Below, in pieces: positions 19,728-28,942 of a stretch of 64,000 nucleotides of DNA; position 1 is the first letter of the stretch, and the number at the start of each line of letters is the position of its first letter. The position numbers and the translations under genes are program-made. The stretch is from a virus. The DNA lies in the IMG/VR virus record IMGVR_UViG_3300035180_000246, positions 1 to 64,000 of that record; one strand, written 5' to 3'. Below the pieces are notes generated by a model. It made no database searches and was not told where the DNA came from. It saw only the letters and a list, made by a program, of their open reading frames with translations.

Positions 19728-20777
19728 TTAACCAGCTAAGTACATAGCGTTTTCTTTAACCCAAGTAGAGACTACAGGGTGACGTAGTACGTTACGCTTT
19801 ACATGCATAGGAGCATTACGAGCTAACGAACTAAATGCTACAGCACTAACCTCTAATGGGTAGCGAGATAGGTACTCTACGACTGCTGTACAGCTCTCTG
19901 TGTCATCATTAGCTGTAAGTGTCTGTAATGCACCATAAGCCATAATTAGCTGAGCAGCAACACTTGTAGGAACTGAAGTACCCTTAGGATCAGCCATTAC
20001 AACTTTCCAACTAGGCAATTGATCAGCTAATTGGATATAAGCCATAATATCTGCAGCCGCAGATGCACCAATAGTACCTACTAGAGCTTGATGCAATGTA
20101 TTACTATCCAACTTATCACGTTTAGAAATAATACGACTAGCTTTATCTAAACTACGAGGACTTACAAACTGCTTGTTATTAGTCTTTGGATTGAATGTGT
20201 ATGGGTTATCCTGCTCACCTTCACTAAGAGCATGAGGAAACTGATTAACCCAAGCCATAACGATAGGATCTACACCTGCACCAGAAGCCCAGTTACACCA
20301 AGCATCTACACCAGGTTTGTCCATATGTACTTCAGTAACACGGTTAAGCATATGTGCAGGAAAACTATCACCTACACCATCCTTAGATTGGTTACCTGTA
20401 GCGAATACAATAGATCCCTCTGGTAACTTATAAGCACCAATTTGTTTATTCAACAATAGGCGTGTAAATAGCAGACGAGTAGTAGCATTAGATTTACTTA
20501 ACTCATCTAACATAATTACTTTAGGACGTGGATCATTGACTCCCCAACTAGAGTTAGTAGCAAAGTAAGATACACCATCTTCTACATATGGTAACTGTAC
20601 ATCAGGAACATCATTTACTGGGCAATCAATGTAGATAAATTGATGATTGTTTAATTCTGGAGCTTCTTGTAAGTAGTCTAAAATAGAGCTTTTACCTGTT
20701 CCTGGCTCACCTACTACTAAGTAAGTAATGTCTGTACCAGTGTTTAGAATAGCGTTAGCAACTTGTTGGATGTTCAT
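19728..20777 (-). CDS. MoxR-like AAA+ ATPase (N4 gp24-like)
   Basis: GEPGTGKS, IMLDE, ATGN, SPRS. Confidence 0.88.
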   Translation of the reverse strand: MNIQQVANAILNTGTDITYLVVGEPGTGKSSILDYLQEAPELNNHQFIYIDCPVNDVPDVQLPYVEDGVSYFATNSSWGVNDPRPKVIMLDELSKSNATTRLLFTRLLLNKQIGAYKLPEGSIVFATGNQSKDGVGDSFPAHMLNRVTEVHMDKPGVDAWCNWASGAGVDPIVMAWVNQFPHALSEGEQDNPYTFNPKTNNKQFVSPRSLDKASRIISKRDKLDSNTLHQALVGTIGASAAADIMAYIQLADQLPSWKVVMADPKGTSVPTSVAAQLIMAYGALQTLTANDDTESCTAVVEYLSRYPLEVSAVAFSSLARNAPMHVKRNVLRHPVVSTWVKENAMYLAG

Positions 20778-20863
20778 GGTTAAATACCTTTAATGATTGA
20801 TTGATTGATTTATGATTAGAATTAGATAGCACCTGTACAAGTAAACTCATACAGGGCATTATT

Positions 20864-21226
20864 TTAAGACTGCTGTAGTTCTACAAACTTACTATGCATA
20901 GCGCGTAAGAAAGAATTTTTGAATTTCTTTTTTAAAAAGTCTCCTGGAACTCCGTTTAGAGTTTCAAGACGAATCCCTTTAGACTCGTGCTTTTCAATTG
21001 CTACAAGTAATGAGATTTTATCGCAGAGTTCACCTTCATACAGATACATAGTAGTACTGTCTGCAGTTTTTACTGCTTTAACTAGTAAAAGTTTTAGACA
21101 ATCATCAGTAACTGTAGAATCTACATTACTATTATTTTTACTATTTTTACTATTATTTTCAGTACTGCTAGTAGCTGTTACTTCTTCAATAATACCTAAA
21201 ATTTCGAACAGTTCTTGCTTAGTCAT
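20864..21226 (-). CDS. Hypothetical protein
   Basis: RBS AAGGAG; low-complexity N/S/K stretch. Confidence 0.65.
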   Translation of the reverse strand: MTKQELFEILGIIEEVTATSSTENNSKNSKNNSNVDSTVTDDCLKLLLVKAVKTADSTTMYLYEGELCDKISLLVAIEKHESKGIRLETLNGVPGDFLKKKFKNSFLRAMHSKFVELQQS

Positions 21227-21282
21227 TTAAGACTCCTTGGTTTAGTTAAAATGATTAAAATGAATCCACAGAATAGTAAATA

Positions 21283-21468
21283 CTATCTGTTCTGTAATAC
21301 GAGTGTTTTCTTTACCTCTTTGGTTACTAACGAACTGAACTTCTGTCCAGCTTGTTGATCTCTACCATCAGAGTATGCAATCCAATATAGCTGCTCTAAG
21401 ATCTTAGTTTTTAGATCTTTGTCAGCCATCATGCGATCAATAGTCTTGATCACTTCCTGTTTATTCAT
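21283..21468 (-). CDS. Hypothetical protein
   Basis: RBS AGGA, in operon. Confidence 0.55.
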   Translation of the reverse strand: MNKQEVIKTIDRMMADKDLKTKILEQLYWIAYSDGRDQQAGQKFSSLVTKEVKKTLVLQNR

Positions 21469-21480
21469 GATTAGATTCCT

Positions 21481-21717
21481 TCAATTATCCTCTCTACTAT
21501 TCCTAACTGAATCAACATAAGCATATGCCTCCTCTTCTAACATGTCATAGTAACTCTGTTGAATTAGACTAGTAATACGTGTATCACCTACATAAATATT
21601 TAGGTAATCAATTTGATACTCTCCAGGAATACGAGTATCCATAGAAGTATTAGCCTCAATAAACAGTGTTACACCATGAAATACTGTTTTAAACTCGAAT
21701 GTCTCAGTGACTGTCAT
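21481..21717 (-). CDS. Hypothetical protein
   Basis: ATGA overlap with upstream gene. Confidence 0.6.
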   Translation of the reverse strand: MTVTETFEFKTVFHGVTLFIEANTSMDTRIPGEYQIDYLNIYVGDTRITSLIQQSYYDMLEEEAYAYVDSVRNSREDN

Positions 21718-21974
21718 AACTCGGTTGCCTTTGGTTTGGTAGGAGCTTTAATAACTACTTTATTCCAGAATAAAGACTGGATCAAATCAGGGCAATAACA
21801 GCCCTTTAACGTATAATAACTATGAACATCATTATTGAAAAAACGTACATAAATAGGACGTCTACTAAACAAGTCTTCTATATACTCAATTTCACCCCAT
21901 CCGTATGTAGGAGAGTATACTTTATCGCCAATCTTGGCGGTTTCAAACGTTGTAATTGTTGACATGAATGCCAC
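21714..21974 (-). CDS. Paralog family A member (short form)
   Basis: TTFETAKIGDKVYSPTYGWGEI...QSLFW. Confidence 0.7.
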   Translation of the reverse strand: MAFMSTITTFETAKIGDKVYSPTYGWGEIEYIEDLFSRRPIYVRFFNNDVHSYYTLKGCYCPDLIQSLFWNKVVIKAPTKPKATEL

Positions 21975-22009
21975 CTTTTAGTTATTGTTGATTTATAGAT
22001 TTATTGTTT

Positions 22010-22210
22010 TTACTTATTTGAGCATGATTTAATTAACATATCTTTAATTTTTTTATAATCAGTTTGAGCTGAGATTTTATATTCATATGCAATAGTAATC
22101 TCTGGCTCCTTATTAAAGTACTTTATCGTAATGTATAAACCATTATGGATACTAATAGCCTTAACTTGGTGTAGTGATATGATTGTTCTTGATGCTAATT
22201 CGATGAACAT
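22010..22210 (-). CDS. Hypothetical protein
   Basis: RBS AGGAG. Confidence 0.55.
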   Translation of the reverse strand: MFIELASRTIISLHQVKAISIHNGLYITIKYFNKEPEITIAYEYKISAQTDYKKIKDMLIKSCSNK

Positions 22211-22674
22211 TGCTTTACTCCTAGTAATGCTTTTGCATGTAAAATTGCTGCCGATTTACCTTCTTCTGTAAATGGATAACATAAGCAATTCTCGACAAGG
22301 TGACTAATGTCGTCAGGATTGTCACATTGTGTACCAATATATAGCTTCGGAATGATTGGTACGGGTAGGTAACAAAAGTCTCCATAAGAGGGAATAAAAG
22401 AAATATCTGGAACTTTAACACCGTTGATACTTTTCATAGGTGTAGGTTCTTTCTTAACATCAGAAATTACCTCACACCAAAATAAAGACTGTTCTTGCAA
22501 ATCTTCTGAGTATCCAGTAAATGTAAAGCTCCTAGTATTTTTATCAACATTATTGAAGAAACTTACTATGATAGGGTATTTACTATTCGCATCTATTTGT
22601 TCAATTTTTCCCCAACTGTAAATAGGTGAAAAAACTGTTTCCCCTACTTTAGAATTTTCAAATGTGGTTGTCAT
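22195..22674 (-). CDS. Paralog family A member (long form)
   Basis: TTFENSKVGETVFS..WGKI..QSLFW..INGV..P.ISF.P..TEEGK.AAI.HAKA.LG. Confidence 0.72.
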   Translation of the reverse strand: MTTTFENSKVGETVFSPIYSWGKIEQIDANSKYPIIVSFFNNVDKNTRSFTFTGYSEDLQEQSLFWCEVISDVKKEPTPMKSINGVKVPDISFIPSYGDFCYLPVPIIPKLYIGTQCDNPDDISHLVENCLCYPFTEEGKSAAILHAKALLGVKQCSSN

Positions 22675-22682
22675 AACTGCCT

Positions 22683-23126
22683 CTAAAATAATTTCTTAAT
22701 AGCAGCTAGTTTAGACTCTAGTTGCTTATTGCGTTCTTGTAACTCTTCAACCTTCCTAGAAAGCTCTTGGTTAGCTTTATTACTATCTATTAGTAGATTG
22801 GCTTCATCTACTGTTCTAGTAAGCCTAGAAGGAACTATATGAACTTTAAACCCACATCTAGTACCATCTGCACGCTCAAAGCATAGTAATTTGGTATCAT
22901 TTTCTAGATTAACAAATATGTCATAGGTAAAGCCTGTATTAATAGCTGTAGCTACTAGAGTAAACTCATGTACTTTACCTGTATCTAATCTGATTGAAGA
23001 TTTAACTGTGAAGTCTGCATGATACTTACAGGACTTATGTTTACTCATAAGCTTCCCTAATATATCCATCCAGAACATAATATCTTCTGTCATGGTTAAG
23101 TTTCCTTGTTTGTATTTACTGCTCAA
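22683..23126 (-). CDS. Hypothetical protein with C-terminal coiled coil
   Basis: Heptad-patterned C-terminus. Confidence 0.6.
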   Translation of the reverse strand: MSSKYKQGNLTMTEDIMFWMDILGKLMSKHKSCKYHADFTVKSSIRLDTGKVHEFTLVATAINTGFTYDIFVNLENDTKLLCFERADGTRCGFKVHIVPSRLTRTVDEANLLIDSNKANQELSRKVEELQERNKQLESKLAAIKKLF

Positions 23127-23490
23127 AAGGTACTAATAGTTTCTCATCAGATTGTAGGATACTGGGATTGTTTATAACATCTACTAATCTAGTAAGAATT
23201 GATTCATACGTACTGTCAGATACTTTTTCATTAGCTGCATGTAATGAACCAACTACTGCGTATACTTCACTAGCTAATTTAGCTACTAATGCGCTATGTA
23301 ACTTAAGCGGAATTGTAGGCTCCTGCTCAACAGCAGGTGCTGCTTTGTACATGGCTCTGTATGCTTCTCTGAATAGATCTATTCGGTACGACTTACAAAT
23401 ATCATGACCACTTAATACTAAGTACGTGTCACCAAATGTCCCAAGCATTTCATTGGTCGGTTCACTTGGTAGTAATTTGTGTTTATTCAT
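23116..23490 (-). CDS. Hypothetical protein (P.EPT..M domain)
   Basis: KLLPSEPTNEML...YRAMYKAAP. Confidence 0.6.
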   Translation of the reverse strand: MNKHKLLPSEPTNEMLGTFGDTYLVLSGHDICKSYRIDLFREAYRAMYKAAPAVEQEPTIPLKLHSALVAKLASEVYAVVGSLHAANEKVSDSTYESILTRLVDVINNPSILQSDEKLLVPFEQ

Positions 23491-23779
23491 CTTTAGATAC
23501 TTCTACTGCTTGGATTGTTGTAATGTCTGCATCACATCTTACAAAGTTACCATGCTGTTCTAATGGTTCAGCTCTTGGCATAAAATTACGGTCTAGGTAT
23601 TTCGTATATACGTCTACAACTACACCATGCTGACACTCTAGCCAATTTGTTGCACCTCCATGTTGATCCCTAAGCACTTGTAACTCTGGCGACACTATAC
23701 TTCCAGCACTTTGCATTTCACAGCCTGATAGTAATATTGCAGCTCCAATAGTAAGCAGCCATTTGTATTGTGTTGTCAT
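23483..23779 (-). CDS. Putative lipoprotein
   Basis: Signal peptide with lipobox LLSGC. Confidence 0.6.
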   Translation of the reverse strand: MTTQYKWLLTIGAAILLSGCEMQSAGSIVSPELQVLRDQHGGATNWLECQHGVVVDVYTKYLDRNFMPRAEPLEQHGNFVRCDADITTIQAVEVSKDE

Positions 23780-23781
23780 TG

Positions 23782-23952
23782 TTATTTTCTACCTTCACTT
23801 TGCTCAAATCTACGTAACTCTGCAATTAATGACGGGATAAGACTAGATTGGAGTACACACACCAATTCACCTTCTGGATTATTTGCTGGTGGTATCCAAA
23901 CCTCTACGCAGTCGTTATTACGGACAACGGTAAAGTTATTCCCTATTTTCAT
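23782..23952 (-). CDS. Small hypothetical protein, 56 aa (not in ORF track)
   Basis: MKIGNNFTVVRNNDCVEVWIPP...; fills operon gap. Confidence 0.5.
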   Translation of the reverse strand: MKIGNNFTVVRNNDCVEVWIPPANNPEGELVCVLQSSLIPSLIAELRRFEQSEGRK

Positions 23953-24017
23953 ATGTAACTAGCCTTCTTTGTAATGTCAGTTGTACTACGTAGCTTTTAA
24001 AGTCAATTAGTCCACGA

Positions 24018-24329
24018 TTATTTCCCACATTCCGATGAATAGATTGCATGATTCAGTGTGATATACGCTTTCCAAATTTTAACGACGTCTGATGGGAGTT
24101 CTGCTGATACGTTATCAAACCTATCGTCATCAGAAACACTGGTTACGATGTACCCAACGCCAGTTTTATTATCGATACGAATCAACGAACCGATTCTGTA
24201 TCTACTGTCGGGTTGAATGTCACATTCTGTCAATCGCTCTAAAATAATCTTATCAACAATAGTAGATAAGATTTCTTGAGAATCAATCTCAACATCAACA
24301 GCTTGTTTTGCTTTGGTTTTGATGATCAT
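24018..24329 (-). CDS. Hypothetical protein
   Basis: In-operon ORF. Confidence 0.6.
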   Translation of the reverse strand: MIIKTKAKQAVDVEIDSQEILSTIVDKIILERLTECDIQPDSRYRIGSLIRIDNKTGVGYIVTSVSDDDRFDNVSAELPSDVVKIWKAYITLNHAIYSSECGK

Positions 24330-24350
24330 TTAGTATTACTCTTAAATGGG

Positions 24351-24818
24351 TTAACTGGTACCAAGCATCGCCTTAGCGTGCATGATAGCTGCTTGTTTTC
24401 CTTCTTCTGTATATGTATAGCACAGACCATTATTACTAAGATGATCGCTAGTTTCATTAGGATAGTAATATACGTGAATATATAACTCGGGAAGATTTGG
24501 GGAAGGTGAATAACAGTACTCACCTGGATTAGGCTTAAAAGAGATATTTGGAATCTCTATACCGTTAATTGTTTTAGTGGGAACTAGTTTCACAGGAGCT
24601 TCGATATATACTTCATCCCAGAACAAAGACTGAATATGCGCATCTTTATAAAAGTAACCTTCGGGTGTAAAACACCTAGGCTCTCCGTTAATACTAGAAA
24701 AGCGTACGCTAATAGGATAAGAATTACACCAGGTTATACTTTTAATTTCACCCCATCCAAAAATGAGCGAAAAAACCTTATCCCCTACTTCAGCGCTCTC
24801 GAATGTAGTAGTTGACAT
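24351..24818 (-). CDS. Paralog family A member (long form)
   Basis: TTFESAEVGDKVFS..GWGEI..QSLFW..TEEGKQAAIMHAKAMLG; RBS AAGGAG. Confidence 0.72.
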   Translation of the reverse strand: MSTTTFESAEVGDKVFSLIFGWGEIKSITWCNSYPISVRFSSINGEPRCFTPEGYFYKDAHIQSLFWDEVYIEAPVKLVPTKTINGIEIPNISFKPNPGEYCYSPSPNLPELYIHVYYYPNETSDHLSNNGLCYTYTEEGKQAAIMHAKAMLGTS

Positions 24819-24915
24819 AACTAATTCTCCTTATTTGTGTCTATTACTTAAAAGTACTAACGATTCTTCACTAAATTGTAAAATATCAGTATTGTTTACA
24901 GTAGTCATTATTCTA

Positions 24916-25275
24916 CTATTCCTCTTGTTCGATCTTCATAATTTCTTCCTTCATACACACCTGTATTAGGTATTGGGCAGCTCGTAGTCGTGTCTTGAAC
25001 CCGTGCACTGTTTCAGCTACAGGTCTGCTCTTGAATGGGATAGCTGTGTATTCGCCATCCCAAGTTTTGTGGATTTGTCCTAGGAAGATATCACCAACAA
25101 AAAAATTAACAATATCTTTATTGTGTCTTTTGTAGTGGTAGTCCATTACTTGTTTATCCTTAGTTACGAATGAGTTCATGTCATTCTCCTTTAAACTAGG
25201 TAGTGTGATTAACACATAATAGATTACCGATTGCACTAGCGAATTTGTATATGTCGGTAACTTCCACACCTTCAT
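24916..25275 (-). CDS. Hypothetical protein (probable true start ATG near 25179, after AGGAG)
   Basis: GFKTR..AA.YL motif. Confidence 0.55.
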   Translation of the reverse strand: MKVWKLPTYTNSLVQSVIYYVLITLPSLKENDMNSFVTKDKQVMDYHYKRHNKDIVNFFVGDIFLGQIHKTWDGEYTAIPFKSRPVAETVHGFKTRLRAAQYLIQVCMKEEIMKIEQEE

Positions 25276-25477
25276 GGTTGGTTATCGTATATCTGTGGAA
25301 TAAGCCTAATACCACTTCTTCGCTTAGCGGCTCACTATCTGGTGCTGCTTCCCACATTGCGCTGAATACGCCATGTAGTTCTGTATTACTAAACTCTATG
25401 CTACGTAGGTAATCATTAGCTGCTTGTTTCATTGCCTTTGTAGGTTTTCTTGGTAACCATTTGTACTGCGTTGTCAT
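25196..25477 (-). CDS. Hypothetical protein (P..PT..M domain)
   Basis: WLPRKPTKAM...AMWEAAP, similar to 23116..23490. Confidence 0.6.
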   Translation of the reverse strand: MTTQYKWLPRKPTKAMKQAANDYLRSIEFSNTELHGVFSAMWEAAPDSEPLSEEVVLGLFHRYTITNHEGVEVTDIYKFASAIGNLLCVNHTT

Positions 25478-25605
25478 TTCAAGTATCCTTTAATTCATGT
25501 ACTACCGTTCCAGCTGCAAACCATATCGTAGAGATAACTAATAAAACGTCATCCACATATATAATGTAGGCAGCCATAAACATTAATCCTATAAGTCCAT
25601 ACATT

Positions 25606-25917
25606 CTATTCTCCTTTATATTCAGGTAGGGGCATCCAATACAGCACGCAGTCTTTACACCCAGAAAACATCCATGTCTTCAGTACTGACCATTTATCAG
25701 AGCCTACTGTTCCTGTATGGTATAAGACGATTACATGCTGTAAATTCTTCGGATGTGTTGATTTATCATCAATGTCAAACTTAATCCATGCTGCTTGAGT
25801 TGCCGCCTCTAAGGCTCTATGCATATCTGTAATATTACCACTAGGTAAATTGTAGTCATGCTGTCGTCCTAGATACTCACATGCTGCAACTTGCACCATT
25901 TTATCAGTCACTTTCAT
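25606..25917 (-). CDS. DUF551-like protein
   Basis: C-terminal V.YWMPLPE. Confidence 0.6.
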   Translation of the reverse strand: MKVTDKMVQVAACEYLGRQHDYNLPSGNITDMHRALEAATQAAWIKFDIDDKSTHPKNLQHVIVLYHTGTVGSDKWSVLKTWMFSGCKDCVLYWMPLPEYKGE

Positions 25918-26140
25918 TATTTAGTTTCCTACGTGTAAGTACACATGTAACACCATCTGGTATCTTATAAACAGAGGTTGGGTATCCCCATACAATAGTA
26001 CCCTTGTCTATATACAGACTTTCTACTTCTTTAGTGAATCCGTTATCACAAGTAGCTATGGTGGTATATGTACTCGTACAACCAACCATATTTAGTAAAA
26101 TCAACATGAAGATAATTAGTTTCATTTCACTAGCTCGCAT
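25904..26140 (-). CDS. Putative lipoprotein
   Basis: MKLIIFMLILLNMVGC signal and lipobox. Confidence 0.55.
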   Translation of the reverse strand: MRASEMKLIIFMLILLNMVGCTSTYTTIATCDNGFTKEVESLYIDKGTIVWGYPTSVYKIPDGVTCVLTRRKLNNESD

Positions 26141-26279
26141 TTGTAGGTTTTATGATTTATATAAAAGCCTCCGAGTTTTTCACAATCCATAGTTATACTA
26201 GATGCAGATATTACCCATGTAAGTGGTAGTAGTATCGCTGTAACTACTATCCACATAATAAAAGCCGATAAATAGTCAC

Positions 26280-26885
26280 TCATACTTCCACTTCCCATGA
26301 TCTGCCTGTTTTACGGTACTCATATTCGACATAGTGTACTTCAGCGTCGTCTTCGGTCATTAGTAATGTTGCAATCGTCCATTTTTGGTGTAACTTTGGT
26401 CTGAACATCCACTCGTACATGGTATTGGTGTCGGGTTTGGTACGATACTTCGTATCTTCATACCAGTCAGGGTTGGGTTCTTCTATCCAGTCACCGCAGA
26501 TATAGGCTTGAATCTTCACACCATCATGGTGCTTTTGGATTAACTCATTGTGTGGGTGTAAGCGATAGGTATTACACCCATCCCAGTTTGGGGTAATCCA
26601 ATTTCCAAACTGATCTGTGATGTTCTTAAACCCATACCCGTAATTAGATTGCCACGCTTGACCATCTTTATACGAATCAATAAGGTCTTGATGGGCGTGG
26701 CGAGGTGTGATTTCAGTCCAAATATCTTCGTTGTATAAAGCCCATAGAAAAAATATCTCGTTGGCATTATACATGAACGGGTTAGAGCGTTTTTCGTCGA
26801 AGTAAACCACTGACCCTAAGTTGTCTTTGAATCGCTTACCCGCAAGTAACTCTTGCACCATGTGTGATTTGCTGTCAAATTTCAT
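26280..26885 (-). CDS. Hypothetical protein with internal domain duplication
   Basis: Two copies of H.(D/E)LI....DG...Q...W..P.W...YR..P. Confidence 0.65.
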   Translation of the reverse strand: MKFDSKSHMVQELLAGKRFKDNLGSVVYFDEKRSNPFMYNANEIFFLWALYNEDIWTEITPRHAHQDLIDSYKDGQAWQSNYGYGFKNITDQFGNWITPNWDGCNTYRLHPHNELIQKHHDGVKIQAYICGDWIEEPNPDWYEDTKYRTKPDTNTMYEWMFRPKLHQKWTIATLLMTEDDAEVHYVEYEYRKTGRSWEVEV

Positions 26886-26969
26886 CTTAAAAGTTCCTTA
26901 ATAATTATTTAAGTGATGTGTATGAGGTATTCGTCTATTAATACTCTTCCCAGCCATCTTTCTTGTATG

Positions 26970-27233
26970 TCATTTTTCATCCCTATTTACATTAATTGGT
27001 GTGCTTGCAGAAATATTTAACACTGTTCCAGGAGTTGTTATAATAATTGTCTTATTTTTAGTAATTGCGTCAATAACAAAAGAAATACCAAAGAAAAATA
27101 GTGCTGTACTGACTAAGTACAAAGCACCAGATTCGTCATTTGTAGAAAAGTAAGTGTAGATAGTAAATATACTTAGTATGTATGCAATTACATCAGCCGA
27201 GTTGATATTTAATGCGAATTTTCGAGTATTCAT
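26970..27233 (-). CDS. Membrane protein (2 TM)
   Basis: Two hydrophobic helices; RBS AAGGA. Confidence 0.6.
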   Translation of the reverse strand: MNTRKFALNINSADVIAYILSIFTIYTYFSTNDESGALYLVSTALFFFGISFVIDAITKNKTIIITTPGTVLNISASTPINVNRDEK

Positions 27234-27261
27234 CGATTTGTCCTTTATACTTGTTTATTGG

Positions 27262-27894
27262 TTAAGCTTTTTTAGATTTGCTTGTTGGTTTAGTCTTTGA
27301 ATTGCTGATAGGTTTAATACCTTTAGCTTTTACGTATGTTGGTTTATCCATAAAAGTATGCTTACCAACTTTAGCAACTGGAGTGTACTGCTTAACCCAT
27401 ACATGTCTCTTAGTGTCTACTTTATTGATGTTAGCGTAGTACCTAGCACCGTTAGCTAGATCAGGTAACTTACCTTTCAACTCTAGATCAGCAATGTGTA
27501 ATGCCTCCTTCCACTTGTCTTCTTCAACAATCTCGATTGGATCTTTATTCATAGTCCAAGAGAATTGTTTAGGTTGGAATATCACATCGTAGTACGTCTT
27601 AGGAAACTCAGGATCATGCAATCTATGTCTTACTGTATTGGTAACAGCAATCATACCTGCTTTACCTTCGCCTCTTGCTTCTTGATAAGCATTAAGTGCA
27701 ATAGCTATCTTCTGATCAGGTAACACAGGAGCTAACATATTAGGTTTATCTAGCTGACCTATCTCTAATCCGTACACTTCTGGATTAGATTCTAGCAGTC
27801 TATCCATGTAATCGTTATAAGCTAGTACCAGACTTACTGGTAGCATGATTATAAGAAGTACAAGCATAGTAGATTTCGTTGATTGATTGAACAT
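27262..27894 (-). CDS. SleB/CwlJ-type cell wall hydrolase (Hydrolase_2)
   Basis: LNAYQEARGE..G.IAV, QFSW, GA.YY, GKH.F; N-terminal TM segment. Confidence 0.88.
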   Translation of the reverse strand: MFNQSTKSTMLVLLIIMLPVSLVLAYNDYMDRLLESNPEVYGLEIGQLDKPNMLAPVLPDQKIAIALNAYQEARGEGKAGMIAVTNTVRHRLHDPEFPKTYYDVIFQPKQFSWTMNKDPIEIVEEDKWKEALHIADLELKGKLPDLANGARYYANINKVDTKRHVWVKQYTPVAKVGKHTFMDKPTYVKAKGIKPISNSKTKPTSKSKKA

Positions 27895-28152
27895 TTAAAT
27901 AACTCCTAAAAAGGTTATATCATCTACAGTTATGTAACCTAAGTTTTCTAGTAACTCATCAGTTAAAGATAATTCGTATTCAGCAACAACTGCTCTCTCA
28001 TAGAATATGTCAAAAGGACATAGAGTCTCTTTGCAGATTGTTTCGTAAGTGGTAGTTAGATTTTTCCAATTGCACGCAATAGTAATTCTATAGTTATACA
28101 TGGATTTACTTCCTAATTCATGGTTAAGATTGCGGGTTAACATTAAGTACAC
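27895..28152 (-). CDS. Hypothetical protein (probable start MYNY near 28101)
   Basis: Follows sigma70 promoter; RBS AGGA. Confidence 0.55.
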   Translation of the reverse strand: MYLMLTRNLNHELGSKSMYNYRITIACNWKNLTTTYETICKETLCPFDIFYERAVVAEYELSLTDELLENLGYITVDDITFLGVI

Positions 28153-28285
28153 CTTATACCTAACTTAAATAATTTAAGCTATTTAGTATTTAGGTCTATA
28201 GACGGATAATTGTATTAAGACTGTCTTTAGATATTAATTATATCTAGAAGAAGAGAAAACCAGGTAAAAGAGAAGAAGAGCACTT

Positions 28286-28314
28286 AGTATAGTAAGCACT
28301 CAAGTGTGTGTCAA
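28286..28314 (-). promoter_or_regulatory. Near-consensus sigma70 promoter
   Basis: TTGACA-17 bp-TATACT on minus strand, intergenic. Confidence 0.75.
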
Positions 28315-28346
28315 ATTGAATTTTTCGATGAGAACAAGCTTGTTAA

Positions 28347-28649
28347 TCAAAAATTTCGATAAGCTACCTGTAAGCTGCTCGACCAATTTATATCTTTAAT
28401 CAAGTTGTATCTCTCAGCTTTAGCTTCAGCTTTGTTCACACAGTACTCTAAGTAGTACCAATTCACAAATTCAGTATACCCTCCTACATGCAGCAGTCCT
28501 GGATTAACTCTCAAGATTGCATTAATGTCATATTCAGTCAGCGCCTCTGTATCCATCTTTATTAAAGTTCTTTTACTTAAAGCTCTTATCAAAGGCTCTT
28601 CGACAGCTAGATAGTCACCTAACGCTTTAGCTGTAAATGTATTACTCAT
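28347..28649 (-). CDS. Paralog family B member
   Basis: TFTAKALGDYL..ALTE..I..EF..WYYLEY..RY.LI.D.NW. Confidence 0.7.
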   Translation of the reverse strand: MSNTFTAKALGDYLAVEEPLIRALSKRTLIKMDTEALTEYDINAILRVNPGLLHVGGYTEFVNWYYLEYCVNKAEAKAERYNLIKDINWSSSLQVAYRNF

Positions 28650-28696
28650 TTGTTTATACCTCCATTAAAGTGTAAGCCTAGCATCTACGATTCAGC

Positions 28697-28939
28697 CTAG
28701 AAAGGTAACTCATCTGGATCAGTTACATACTTACCAGCAAGTAGATACCAGTTCTTAAATTCGACTATGTGATCATCTACAGATCCTTCACAAGTCCTAA
28801 ATATTTTCTTTAAAGTTTCTTCCCTAACTACATACGAACTGTTCCATTTCATGAGTAAATGTTTAGTATTCCATCCACATGTAGCACATTGGTTAACAAA
28901 AGCTTCTACATGATAGACCTTACACTTAATGTTATTCAT
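28697..28939 (-). CDS. Hypothetical protein, possibly a distant family B member
   Basis: EFKNWYLL echoes family B; ends DELPF. Confidence 0.55.
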   Translation of the reverse strand: MNNIKCKVYHVEAFVNQCATCGWNTKHLLMKWNSSYVVREETLKKIFRTCEGSVDDHIVEFKNWYLLAGKYVTDPDELPF

Positions 28940-28942
28940 AAC

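Noticed and set aside
1224-26192. Plus-strand ORFs in the left arm (e.g. 1224, 5279, 12058, 12434, 14457, 18171, 20919, 23168)
   Set aside because: Antisense shadows of well-supported minus-strand genes; no recognisable motifs
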